The position numbers and the translations under genes were made by a program. Of a DNA stretch of 64,000 nt, positions 39,384 through 52,402 are shown one piece after another. Origin of the DNA: Podarcis pityusensis (taxonomy: Eukaryota); the NCBI GenBank assembly GCA_964106645.2, contig OZ067039.1; one strand, written 5' to 3'. The notes under the pieces are model-generated. The model did not search any database. It saw only the letters and a list, made by a program, of their open reading frames with translations, and was not told where the DNA came from. Within the stretch, counting starts at the first letter, position 1. Each line of letters opens with the position of its first letter.

Positions 39384-40559
39384 CTAAGAAGAAAGAAAAT
39401 AATCAAACCAGCCAATCTTTCAATGGCAGCTCGATACTTCTAAGCTAGCACATCCAATGTAAGAAAAAAGTAGGGCAGCAGCAACATAAAGTCCTTCAGA
39501 GACCGGAAATATATCTGTGCAATAAGAATCAGCTAACCGTGTAAACGTGCATTTAAAAGGGTTTGAAGGTCATTTGGTCATAGAATCATAAAATTTGGAA
39601 GAAACCAGATAGCTACCATGACCAACCTGTCACTGTAAGGTAGGATCCACATACCAGCCCATATCCAGACAGACTGTGCCACAAGCAAAGAGTTGCATCA
39701 AAAAAGGCACATTATGCTGCATGAACCAGGAGACAAAGGCAAAGACATTAGGCCCTATGAAAGCATTAAGCTCAAAGGGTTAACTTCAGAAGCAAAACAC
39801 TTACAAAATTCACAGCTGAGACAGAAGCTGTCAGGAACACACTGAAAAGCAAAGATGTTGGTTGCAACATTGTCCTTAGCTGGAACATAAACAGAAAGAA
39901 CTATCTCGCAAGATGTTCTGAGAACTCTTAGCTCAGAACTAACTGTAAACTAGTCCAATGCCAGAATTAGCCAAGTAATTACATTACTGGGAAATGCATT
40001 ACCGTTACATGTCAATGGAAGCCACTGAAACAATTAATTAAGTAGCACTCTAACTCTATAAACCGTGTGCAAATGTATTTTACTCTAAAAAGCTGTGCAT
40101 TAAATGGCTCTTTGAATTTCAGAATCCTACCCATCTTCCTGCAAAGAGATCCAGGTGTTGTATCTTCCTTAGGTAAATAAAAAATTGAATCACACCTGTC
40201 CATGCTCTCTCACATGCCACTTTCTTGATATAAAGGGGAAAGAGGGGGGGAATCCGTAGCTGGAATCTGTAAGGTTCTTCGGCATAGTAATGTTCAACCT
40301 TTTAAGACCATCTTTAACCTCATCTGGCAATGCAAAACCAACTTTTAATTTTTGACTGTACGGTAGTTTTGCCTCTTTCCTTTCTACTTTTCTCTTTCGC
40401 TCTTCCTCTCACTTTCTCTATATCCCATCTTTTTCCTATTCTCTTGCCTACTCTTGGATCAGGCACAAACCACAACTGAAGTTTAATGTTTTTGCCACCA
40501 CTTGGTGCTCCTTCCCAATATGCACCAAGGTTTTTAAATAGCCAGCGGCATTGTAGGAG

Positions 40560-40906
40560 TGCAGGAAGTTGCCTTATACTGAGTAAGTTGCCTTATACCT
40601 TATACTTATACCACTGCTAGTTAGCTCAGTATGGTCTACATCAGGCATAGGCAAACTCGGTCCTCCAGATGTTTGGGACTACAACTTCCATCATCCCTAG
40701 CTAACAGGACCAATGGTCAGGGATGATGGGACTTGTAGTCCCAAAACATCTGGAGGGTCAAGTTTGCCTATGCCTGGTCTACACTGACAGGCAGCAGCTC
40801 TTCAGGGTTTCAGACAGAATCCCTGCCAGCCCTGTCTGGAGATGCTGGAGATTAAACAAGGAACTTCTGCCTTAAAAGCAGATGCTCTACAACTGAGCTA
40901 CAGTCC
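40560..40906 (-). mobile_element. Squam2-like SINE hosting a MITE
   Basis: Minus strand tagctcagttgtagagcatctgc head, body matching the copy at 25465, slippage-duplicated tail region. Confidence 0.8.
40642..40776. mobile_element. Palindromic hAT MITE (135 bp)
   Basis: TIR CAGGCATAGGCAAACT, near whole-length fold-back, 8-bp TSD GTCTACAT/GTCTACAC. Confidence 0.92.
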
Positions 40907-41204
40907 TTCCCCAAATAAAAACTCAGATAAGTTGCCACAGGAAAGGGGTCAAGAAATGAAAGAAAGGGGATGCTGGTAGACTCCTCTAATTTTTTTCATT
41001 CTTATATTTTGCCCTATTCTTATATCAAGCCATCCGTCACTGAGACATCCATCACTGAACTTCCTATTTCCTGTGTTAGACTCCAAATGCAGTTGTCATG
41101 GGGTTTTGCATTCTACTCCTGCTCATTCCATATTAAACTAACTTCATCTCTCATACATCATGCACAAATAAATATTTCCAGACACATCAAGAGCATCTAG
41201 CCAC

Positions 41205-41372
41205 ACTGGTCTTCAACAGGTGGGTCAGGACCCACTAGTTGCTCATGGCTTGATCGAAGGTGGGTCGCAATAGCAGTACTACCACCATGCAAATAGAATC
41301 ACAGAACCATAGACTGGAAGGGACCACAAGGGTTAAAATTGGGTCTCGGTGTGAAAGGTTGAAAATACCTGA
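41205..41372. mobile_element. Degraded hAT (Charlie-like) MITE
   Basis: Ends cactggtcttcaac...gttgaaaatacctg, with gggtc(g/a)..gaccc sub-terminal motifs. Confidence 0.45.
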
Positions 41373-43319
41373 TCTTCTACAGCTTTCTTCTACCGATGTT
41401 TCTATCTTATTGGTGGGTCTCCCACTTTTGCCTCTGGACCCCAATAGATTTTTCCCATGAGTCAATAGAAAAAAGGTTCCCCTGAGCAAAGGCACTGTAT
41501 ATATATAAGAATTATATATAAGAATTTATGCAATCTTATTACTCCTACTCTGTTAAAAAGTAGGTGCATATTGTTCTTCAATAGTCACCTGTAGGAAATA
41601 TTGACCTGTAGATGAAATATGAATTAAGACAAGAATGCAATGTTCTATGCATTGCTTTAAATAATTGTTCTAAACATCCCAGCTACCATCCACACAAGCA
41701 TATGTTGACTGCATTTACAGCAATCTCACAATAAACCTGTAATGGTCTATGTTTATGTTTATTTTGTCCTGAGAACATCTGGTCTTATGTGTTGGAAGAC
41801 CCTCCCATCCAGTGTATGGTATATGGGGTGTATGATTTGGGTTGGGTCCAGAGTTTATTGCGTGGTGCACATTCCAAGATTTGTATTCCTTTCTACATAC
41901 ACCAGATATTATTGGAGCACCGTGCTAGACCCAAATGAAGCACTGGAAGCTGGGAAGTGATGCTGCGGCAACCATAAAGACACAGCACAGGAGGTGTGGG
42001 TAATCACACAAAGAACTCTGGGTCTTGTATTCCACCCTGGTATGGGAATGGCTTAAGCAGATAGCCTCACCTCGCTGCATGCCAGGGCTTGCACTAGATA
42101 AGATGTATATAAATTGTGATCATACACAAAGCTACGTGATTGCTATAAATCTCCCACTTGTTTCCAACTTTTGGGGTGTTGACTTTACCCAAAATTGTAT
42201 TGAGGATTGTTTGTTATTTATGGGAACAACAAGAAGCGGTCAATGAAGTGGTGGTGGTGGGAACTTGAAGGTAATGATGTTACATCAGGCGTGCAGTATC
42301 CCTAGAATTTACGAACAACAAGAAAGGAAGAGACAGAGACATGGGGTTGTTGTTTTCAGTAGAGGCCCACATCTGCCATAACATCTAGTTTCAATCTATT
42401 CTAGGCAATGAATCATGAAAGCCGCTCATCTAAAGAGACAACAGAGGTATATATCGTTTCCCAAAGAACAGCGGGAAGCAGAGTCTGAAGGGGTAGCTCA
42501 AGCACACTGTCCATTTTAGCAGCATTTCACCGTAGCAGGATGGAGCGAGGAACCACTAGGGAAGACTTGAAGGAAACGGTAGTTACTGTCTTGATTAACA
42601 GCTTTGCAATTCGGCAGATGCAGGGGGCATAGTCAAACAGGCTTGCCAGCAGCTCAAACCGCCAGGAAAAGCACGATGCAGATTTAACATCCCAGGCTAG
42701 AACGGATTCAGCTGTACTGGAATAGCAACAAGTCAGAAGCGGGGGGGGAGGGGAGAGGTAGCAGCCGCCCGGACTCAACAGCTAAGGAGACACTTTGGCA
42801 CCTTAAATACATTAGGACTTACACTACTGTCAACACAAAGGGTGCTGAAACAGTGACAAAGAACGCCGGTGGGTAATTATGGCGGAGAAAAATGTAGTGC
42901 TCAAATGAGGCTTAAAACATGGAAAAGTGGTCTTTGAATTACCTGCCATCAGCTCCATGTTCCATTACATGGCGGAAGAAAGAAAAGGGGTGTTAAGAAT
43001 CACCTGCCGCAAAGCATATTGTCATACTCGGCTGAAGCCCTGCCTTGGCTTCTCTGCTATACCTTAAGGTGCTTTAGTGTATATTTATGAGTTGGAACTT
43101 GAGCTTTTTACATTTTAATTGTGTTTTCAGGTTGCCCCAACAACCCCATTTGTTTCTCACGGCCCTAGAGCCATTTTAAATGTCAAATCTATTACTCTCC
43201 GTTTTTGCTGGAAGACTGCTTAAGACTTGTGCACTCAACACCTGTATTCCTTGAGGATGTAGTCGAAAGGGACACTGAATCTTGCATTATGGTGCGCCTT
43301 CTTCCAGGAACTCATATAG

Positions 43320-43505
43320 GGCTTAAAAATAGAAAGGCTGTGGCTCCGTGGTCCACGTAGCTCAGCATCGTCCACACTGACTGGCAACAGATTTCCAAGA
43401 TTTCAGACAGTGTTCTCTCCCAGCTCTACTTGGAGATGCTGGGGGCTGAACCTGGGATTTTTTGAAAGCAGAGCAGATGCTCTACTACTGGGTGGTGACT
43501 CTTCC
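43320..43505 (-). mobile_element. Squam2-like SINE, head-to-head with the next copy
   Basis: gtccacgtagctcagcatcgtccacactgactggc...ggagatgctgggg.tgaacctggga...gcagatgctctactactg. Confidence 0.75.
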
Positions 43506-43509
43506 CCAG

Positions 43510-43808
43510 CTGCTTTGTGTACAGAAGGCCCTGGGTTCAGTTCTTGGCATCTCCAGACAGTGCTCAGAAAGACCCTTATCAGAAATTCTGGGGAGCTGCT
43601 ACTTCATAGTGTAGAGCAGCAATGAGGAACGTTGGTCCTCCAGAGGTAGTTGAACTACAATTCCCACCAGCTGTCGCAAGCACAAGGTTGGGAGTTGTAG
43701 TTCAGCAGCCCCTAGAGGGTCAAAGGTTCCCCACATCTGATGTAGACAATGCTGAGCTAGACGGACCAATGGTCTGACTCTGTATAAAGAGTCTCCCCGT
43801 GTTCCTAA
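43510..43808 (+). mobile_element. Squam2-like SINE hosting a MITE
   Basis: tgctttgtgtacagaagg.cc.gggttca...gagctagacggaccaatggtctgactctgtataa...gttccta. Confidence 0.75.
43617..43739. mobile_element. Palindromic hAT MITE (123 bp)
   Basis: Inverted core gaactacaattccca...tgggagttgtagttc, degenerate TIRs, TSD GTGTAGAG/ATGTAGAC. Confidence 0.75.
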
Positions 43809-45279
43809 GAATGGCTTTGAAGAAGCTGGGGTATATCTAATTTCTGTGCTTAGATGTATCAGCTCATCACAGTCTCCCATTTGACAGCTTCCTATATTAT
43901 TAATTCCCTTTTTTGGCTACCAGTGCTATCAGGCCTTTGGGGTTTTCCTAGATTTTCATCAGAACTTCACATGCCACACACACACAAAAATCCAAGCTAA
44001 ATAAGGCCTGGATTTCCAACAACTGAGGCAGAGAGATAAAAACAGCTTTGACACAAAACCACTCGGTCATCTCGGTCATCTCCATCTATCATAAACGAGC
44101 AAAAATAGGGCACAAGTCCAACATTTTCTCCTTCGCAGGTCACCTTTAAGGTGTGTTTAAATATAGCCTCTCTGGATCCAAAACTGTGAAACCAGAAGCA
44201 AGGCTGCACTGCACTTTTGCTTCTGAAAGAAAATGCAGACATGACAGTTTTTCCTCAGCGCGTTCAATATTACAAGACAGAATATAAATATCACAAAACA
44301 AGTTAAGTATCTTTCCATCACTAGGGTAAACAATCAAATACACTTGAAAATAGTAACAACAAGGTTGAGCTTCAGTCAGAGCGAAGATAAAGTTATACAA
44401 TGATCAAGCAGCGAAGTCATTATGAAAAATGAGGGTTGGAAAAGGCTGACACAAACCTAAAATACAGCAGCAATAAATACTTCATCTGACTAGCAATCTG
44501 TTTAAACAGCAGCAATGACCGAAAGCTGCTTCCAGCTCTTGAAATGAAACAAACACTGACACCTAGTGGCTGTCCGGCAGCTTGAAAAAATGGCACACAG
44601 AGACAACAATTAAAGCAAGAGGAACAGGTTAATGTTTGGCTTGGCTGCGCATGCCACACCAATGAGGAAGGATTATAACATTCTCCCTGTCACATCTCAT
44701 CCTCTGTTCAGTGACATGATAAACACATAGGAAAGCTTGCCCATTAAAATCAATCACTGCTGCTTAGGCGCCCTTAAAACCTAAATTGTGCAACTGGCTA
44801 AGAAGCACAGAGAAATCCTAAGAGACTGCATAGTCTTATGAATGGTACATCTCCCAAAGAGCAAAATAATGTAAAAAACTCAGTGCAAAATAGCAAATGT
44901 TTTCCTGCTGAAAATGTATTTTAGAACTAGGTCACATGGCATTTTACTATCTCTGGTAGCATATGGATTTACCTAGTAAGGCAGAGAACAGGCCAAGCAA
45001 AACAAACAAATTTTTAAAAAAATACAACAATGCTCATGCCAGCAATAGGAGATGACTTGCTATACTAGAACTCTTTGTGTATAAGCCACAATACGGTTGC
45101 CTTCATAGCTATTAGCATAACCATCAAGAGCTGAAAATTTTGGCTGTTAGATACATTGGTATATGCTTTCTAAGATTGATCTTGCAAAGGAAAGTCACAT
45201 TTGTCACAATTTAGAAATCAGAGAGCACAAACTGGGTTTCAAGTGTATTATTTAATCTCTTGGCAGAAACAAGCTATCT

Positions 45280-45627
45280 CAGTGATGGGGAACCTCAAGC
45301 CCACTGGCTCAGACGCAGCCCATGAGTCCTCCTCATCTGACTGCAACATGCCCCATGCCCCCAATATTCCCCAAGTGACAATTAGACTTGAAAAAATGAC
45401 TTCCATTAACTCCAATGCTTTTTTTCAAGTCTGATTGCCACTCTGGGAGGAGAGGGCAAGTTCCTGGAGACTGAAGCTACGGAGAACGCCTGGAAGTGTT
45501 TGTGTTCATGTAAAGGAGTGTGTGTATACCCACTTTTTGCTTTGGCCCTGCACACACCTGGCATGTGGCCCCCAGAAGGTTAAGCCACAAGGTTAGCTGG
45601 GGGCTGAAAAGTTTCTCCACCCTTGCT
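45280..45627. mobile_element. Degraded hAT-like MITE
   Basis: cagtgatggggaacct...aagtttctccacccttg TIR-like ends. Confidence 0.5.
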
Positions 45628-45906
45628 TGAGCAGCCACCTACTAGAGATTCAATTCACTATAATGCTAGATCCTATAAATTTCTGAGTTGTCCACTATTC
45701 TTTTAAAAAGCTGCAAAGTTCACCAAATCTCTTTGACCTTAGAAGTGTGGTAAGTCGTAGTGAACCAATGTACCCCTAAATACGCACCAACATTCTTTGG
45801 GGTCTAGTCTGTTGTATAGATCACAACATCAAGCAAAGATAACTAGCCACTCCCCCTCCTTCATTCAGAATTCACCAGACCGACAAAGAAAGCGCAGCAA
45901 ATTTAC

Positions 45907-47040
45907 CTGAAATGAGCTGCTTGCTGGCTCATCATCACGCTCAGGGTTTCTTCCCCCTGCCATGTTCTGCTCTCCATTTATTGGGGACAGAAGCCAGGCT
46001 ATGCTCTCAGGCTCCTTTTTCTCATCCATTTCTTCTCCTTCCTGCTCATCTGTACCTTCATCTCTCTTAGATGCTTCCTTTGCTGCTTTGCCACGGTCAC
46101 TTCGCCTCAAGGGACACAAATTGGGGACAATGGGCTCCCCAAATGGTTTCTTGTGTAGAAGCTGTCGCTGAGCCTGTTTCAGGCTTTTCTGGTAAACCTC
46201 AAGCTGACACAGGATGACTTGGGTATATTTGTTGGGATCCACACCTTTAGGGCAGAAGGGAACACCCCAGTAATAGTGCACCATGTCTCTCTCTTCGCCT
46301 TCTTGGCACTCCTCGTCACCCCTATGAAGTGTGCACAGTGGAGGAGCGTTTCTGGGCAATTCAGTCCTTTCCACCAGCCCAGGAGAAAGACATGCCTTCT
46401 TGATGGGATCCAACCGATGTCCAAGCTCAGACCCTGGTCTGCTGGAGTAGTCCAACATGCTGTGCTCCAGGGCCACTTTCTCCGGAGCTTCTGAGCAACC
46501 AGGAAGGGAATCTCCTTCCATGTAATTTTGGGAATGCTTTTCAGTTTCCTTGCCTCTTGGCTTTGGAGGACTAAACCTTCCTGCAAAAAGTCTCTGAGGT
46601 GCCAGTGACAAAGTGCCCCGAGGCCTTTGGGGAAAGGTGGGACTTAAGGCAACTGACGTCCCTTCTTCTAGACTGGGTGGTGTATCGCTGGAACTGCTCC
46701 TTGCTGACGGGGAAGGGTTTTCATTTGACCTTGCAGAAGGTTGGCTCTTCCCTGGAGATACAATTATGCTAGAGACTAGTGAGCTCTCAACTGTTGCTTG
46801 GCTTAACCTCGTCAGTACTACTAGGGGCCTCTTGGCGACATCTGTCTGTCCATTCTTATCAGTTTTGTCACTGTGTGAGAGGGAGCTGTCCTCGGAGCAA
46901 GGAGACTCAGGGCAAGGCAGTAGAGCTGCAAGGAGCTCAGGATCCTCTTGCCCAGCTGGGTAGCTTGGTGCTGAAGACACTAGTGCCTTGGAAGGATGGG
47001 GCACAGCAGCTGCAGCAGAAGACTCAGAAGGCTGGCAGCT
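45907..47040 (-). CDS. UIMC1: UIMC1 large central exon (378 codons) including the Abraxas-interacting region
   Basis: Begins SCQPS (human SCRPS) and contains MVHYYWGVPFCPKGVDPNKYTQVILCQLEVYQKSLKQAQRQLLHKKPFGEP. Acceptor tcctttctag, donor gtaaat, frame open throughout. Confidence 0.95.
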
Positions 47041-47415
47041 CTAGAAAGGAGGGTGAAAAATGCACACAAGTGATTTGCCTTCGAAAATGTACGTTCCTAA
47101 TTATTAAATCAAACTGACTGCTGCTCCACAGAGTAAAATATATAAATGGACACTTCCATGTTAATCTACAAAATGATAGCTAAAGGTGAAATCATTCATT
47201 AGCCGTATTTGGGGCTGTTAACATGGTGAAGATTAACAAATGTATTGTGAGCTCACCTTGTCAGATGCATTTATGCCTTACAGAAGACTGGCTAGAATTC
47301 CAGATGGAAGCCTGTCCCATAACAAACACCTCATTTGAACTGCAGAGGGGGAGTACAGGGCAGGGAAAAATGTGAACAGGCAATTCTGTAGCCCAAGTAT
47401 TTCTGCTTCACTTAC

Positions 47416-47540
47416 ACCAAGGCTCTCAGCAATGGCCTTTCTCAGAAGCTCTTCCTCTTCCTCCTCTTGCGAGTTCAACTGCCTGGCTTCTTGCTCGCTC
47501 ATTTTCAGAGCCAGGGCAAACTGTTCATCTTCCGTCATCT
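47416..47540 (-). CDS. UIMC1: UIMC1 exon encoding the tandem ubiquitin-interacting motifs (UIM1-UIM2)
   Basis: [41 protein letters not shown] is near-identical to the RAP80 UIMs and keeps the linker SQ site. Acceptor ttttttcag, donor gtaagt, 125 bp. Confidence 0.98.
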
Positions 47541-50500
47541 CTGAAAAAAGTGAAAAAGAAAAGCGTAACACAATACAATGCAGCAGGCTCTCATTCCTTA
47601 TGCCCTGAAGAAGGTGCCTGGGGACTTTCACCTTCACAGGGAAAAAAGGCCAACTAAATTGGATCAAAGCTGTTACATCTCAGCTTACCTTGCTGTGTGC
47701 CTTCAAAACTGGAACAGACAGTGCTAAATGCAGAGTAATGCATTTTGTGCAATATCAAATCACTGAACCAAGTCAGGGCATTTAGTTAAGGTTCCCATAG
47801 TGATCTCAGCTTTGACTCTTTGGTGAATTCATCACAATGAAATATTTTATCACATAATCATCTGGCAGCGACCCTGTTTTGTACTTCCACATGCAATACT
47901 ATCATCAAAGGGCACAAAGGAAAAGCGGTAGACTTTGAACACTGAACTGTGCATGAACAGACTTTTTCTAAAAGGCACAGTCTGCTGGTAGAGCACAGTG
48001 AAGTTAGTTCCTTTCCACTCAACATTATTATTAACTTTAAAAGTCATAGTGCTCTGTGGTGTATACTGCCAAGCCTCCTGAAATGTAAACGGGCAAAGGT
48101 CATGAGCCACATTCGCCTGGACTGGTGCAAAAAATTAAAAAAATAAAATTAGAAGAACAACCTGGAAAAGGCAGAGAATGATCTTCAGATCTGCACGCTT
48201 TCCTACCCGAGATGAGACCACTCTCTCCCTACCTATACAAAGTTATTCCCTAAATGATTTTCTGGGACATACTAAAAATCACAAGCGTTGCGAAAACAAA
48301 AAAACAAAGCTGTTCTGGAAAACACCAGGGTGTGTGTTTTTTTAGATTTCTGACCCACCACTTTCACTTAGCTAAAAATATCCAAGCCTGAAAACCAGAA
48401 TGAAAAAGAAACTCCAGCAACTCCCCTGCTTTCTGAGAATTTGAAGAGCACATTGAAATGCTCTTCAGTCAAACCATTGTAGGTTGATTCTGAGCAGCAC
48501 TTTCTGAGAAATCCTCTCTCACACATAACAACTCTTAACCCAACAAGTGCACCTGAGCACAAAACACCATAGAAGAAACTAAAGAGAAGAGCTTTGAAGA
48601 AACAGATCACCTTCCAGACACGGTGAATACCTCAGATTCCTTTACTGTAAAGTGTTTGGACACCAAAGCAATTAGGACGCCATCACAGCCTCCTCAGGAG
48701 CATCTTCTCAACACATGAGAAATGCCTCCAGAGGAAAGCTCATTTGTAGATTACTGAACCTCATCACTCCCTCTTTCCAAGAGAAAAGCAGCAGGTCTAA
48801 ACTGAAACATGGACTTTGCAACACCCCTTGGATATGATCACAACTATGAATAAGCAACTATGTGACACAATGCAGTTTCATTTTGCCCTGCTTAATGGGC
48901 ATTAGCTTTCCTACAGCTGAGTTTAAGACAGGGGGGTGGGGGCAATGCCCCACCATGGGTATAGTATCAGGGCACAATAGCCTAAGTTTATTTATTATTA
49001 TTTTCTTAAGAAAATCTCTAGCCCTCCTAGAAAGAAACCTATGAAGCAAAATATGCAGGTATCCTTCTAAGCAATTTCTGTGAAGTGAGCCAGCCTGGCT
49101 GCTCCCAGCTGTCTGTGGGTTTAGCCTATGAGTGATGTCAGAGCTGCGATTGATATGCAAGTTGTTTGGACACCAGGCAGGAGGAATATCTGGGGTTCTT
49201 TAGTGCACTTTCCTGCTTCTGTCTTATTCTATAGTAGTCCTTGAGATTTCCAGAGTTGGCCCTTCCCTTTTTCCTGGTAACCAGGATGCACCTGTGGTGG
49301 GTTCATATGAGATCAGGTGATGATCTGCAAATACTACTACACAGTAAGTGCAACTGGTTGTTAAAGAATCCCTTTCCTGAATAGCAAATGCAAAACGTAC
49401 AAATTTTTCAAATACAGTATGCTTAGGTGTGTCTCCTGCTGTGCAGGGCCTAAAGCCAGACACTCATTATGTTAACTTTCAGTACAATGCTATACATGTC
49501 TACTGAAAAGTAAGTCTCTTTGGGATTAATGGGGCTTATTCCCAGGTATGGGTCTACAGGATGACAGCGTAGGCTTTGGTTTAAGTTTGGCACTAAGAAA
49601 ACAGGGTTCTTGTGCCTTTAATAGCTGTATGCAGAAAGAAGCTGCTGAGTTATTCCCCCCCCCCCCCTTCTTAAAAGCAACAGTGCTTTGAGCAGCCATA
49701 TTATAGCTTTACCACTGGAATGTGTATTCTTGTACATATACAGTACAGGGGCCTGGACATCCTCAAGAACCAGCAGAATATTTTATAATAACTGGAATTC
49801 ATATAATAAGATACTGGCAGCAAAACTGCATTATCTGATTGCAAGGGATCTAAGCAGAAATTAATGGACATAGGATCACAATCATCAGTTACCTGTTCTC
49901 AATCTTTCACTTAAAAAAAAAAAACAACCAATGACTGCATAACCAGACTGTCAACAACTATAAAACACAATGCAAATGAAATTCCATCTAAGAAGCAATA
50001 TGGTGTATCACGCTGCCAGGGAGTGAAAAAAAGGGCATAGTAAAATGGAACACGGAAGAACTCTAGACAAGAATCCTTCTGGCATATCAGAGAGAGAAAA
50101 TAAACAACATTTATTCCACTTTCCAAATTCACGGGTGCATTGAAAAGGATAAATCTTTGCCCCCCACCCACCATGAAATACATCCAACTTGCACGACAGT
50201 GAAAGGAGCAAGCCATCTCCCTGAGAGAAGCAGGGCATCTGTTCTGTCAAAGCCATGCTGCGTATCTCTGGCTATCATGTATTATTCTGCTTAACATCTG
50301 ATCATTTCTAAACGCTGTCTGCAAACGCTCACAATTTGTGTGCGCTTGATGTTGATTACATTGGTCATAATTTATGATGATTAGAAATTCTAAGTATTGC
50401 GTTAGCCTCCTACTGGTGTGGGCAAACAGACTATTTAAGAGCTCCAAGACACAAAAATAGAAGCTGAGCTCTCAGAAGCAAGCACTGTCTGAATGGTTTG

Positions 50501-52402
50501 GCAGGTAGTCTATACAACCAACGTCTAGCAGACAGAAAACCATTTGCATGCCCTTTCGGACACAAATTATGTGCTTGCACATATGTGCCCACGAATTCTG
50601 AATAGCTCCATTATAAATCTTGAGGGGTTTTTTGTTTGTGTGCTAAAGTCAGCATAGTTTCATTGTTCCAAAGCTAGGCTCCCACTACACTCCTAGTTCC
50701 ATTGATAGGTAGAAATGTCAGTGTCATATGATCAATCCCACCAAGAAAACATGAGGAGGGGGTGTACATACACTGTTTTTAAAGACATTACAGCCTTAAA
50801 CAAATTAAACTAGTTCTGAGCCTTTTTACATGCTAATATGCCAATTTACTACACAATTCATGTTTCAGTTGGACGTTTGAAAACGAATTAGATGCAAAGC
50901 ACCACCAGTTCCGAGTTCTCTTGCTAACAGATTCCCCACCCCCACCCCCAAAAATGTTGGCTGTATTACACTCACAATCATAGTGAAATTAATGTACAGT
51001 GAAAAGAGGTTTACTGTTCTAGAAGACACACATCAGAAACATTCCAAAGAAAAGGATTTATGTAGGTTTGTATATTTTAATCTTAGCTTGTTGAGAATAT
51101 AACGTCACGGGTGTATTTGAATTATAGCTCAATGTTAAAAATGATTAAAAATTACAAAGTCAGAAAAGAACAATGTGCCTTAAACACTAACAATATGAGA
51201 AATGTTCCAGCTTTGGAAATTGGCAGCACATGCGGGCCTTATTTCTCCACATAGGATGAAACCAGACGTGACATTATTCACGGATTAGTAGTTGGGTGAA
51301 TGTTTGTTTTAAGTAAATAGTGGTCATGGGGAAATGCCAACTGCAGGGAGGGGGACTTTAACCTTTTGCCCATACCCCAGTTCCAGCCCCTGCCCCCAGT
51401 GATTGCTGTTTGCATTGGGAGGAAAACAGCCTTTTCTTGAATAAAAACATCACTACCACTATACACAGTTATTAATTGCTTGAATAAGTCTCAATTGGCC
51501 TAGATAGGAGGGGCCAAACAATCCCACCCTCCCTAGGCAGCCTCATCTCCAAGAGGCCAATTTGTCATAAAACCCAAGCAACCCTTTAAAACACTGACAG
51601 TGGTTTATATTTCAAAGAAATGAACCTTAATTTGCCTAAAAATAAACACTAAAAGGCTAATTATAGTTCTAATAAATAAAAGAGCAGACATGTAAGTGGA
51701 TGTGCCTAATTAATTATTGCTAATTGACTGCTCTAATGTAGTAGGTATGAGACCTGCATCCAAAGGAGCGAACTGATGAGGAGACTCACTACCTTTGCTC
51801 ATGCCAATTATCAAACGCAGTTCTAAGACCACATTCTGCTGGATGCTGGACTGAGGATCTAGCCTTGTGCTGCCAGCGGCAAATGGATTCTACACATTAC
51901 AGTTTCAACACGAAACATGGATGGCTTCACGTTAATCTCTCTCCTAGGTATTCTGTACACACAGAGGATTTCAAGCCTTCTTGCTCACATCTGTGGGCCT
52001 TTAGCTTGTTTGGAGTACTGAATATGCACTTCTTTCTTCCTACAAAGGGATTTGCAGAGAGGGCTATTTGCAACCTACTTCCCATCTCCTCCATTTGGAG
52101 TTTATCAGGTTACAACCACTGCTTGGGGTCCATTCAGAAATGTATTCCATTATATTTCCAAATCAGACGCTCCTTGTAAAACCAGCACCGCTCACAATAA
52201 ATCTTGTGAGTTGGAGCATACTTATAAACTGCTGCTGCAAACTTACAGCAATGGGCTCAGCTGAGGAGATCTAACCAAGACTACCTCTGTGAAACAGCAT
52301 GTTTCTAGAAGAACAAGATCCTGGAATCACAGCAAAGAATTTCATTTCACCAATAAAGTAAGTTACAGCCAGTGTGGTGTAGTGGTTAAGAGCGTGTAGT
52401 GT

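Noticed and set aside
45962-47608. Plus-strand and alternative-frame ORFs overlapping UIMC1 exons
   Set aside because: Antisense or out-of-frame shadows of real coding exons.
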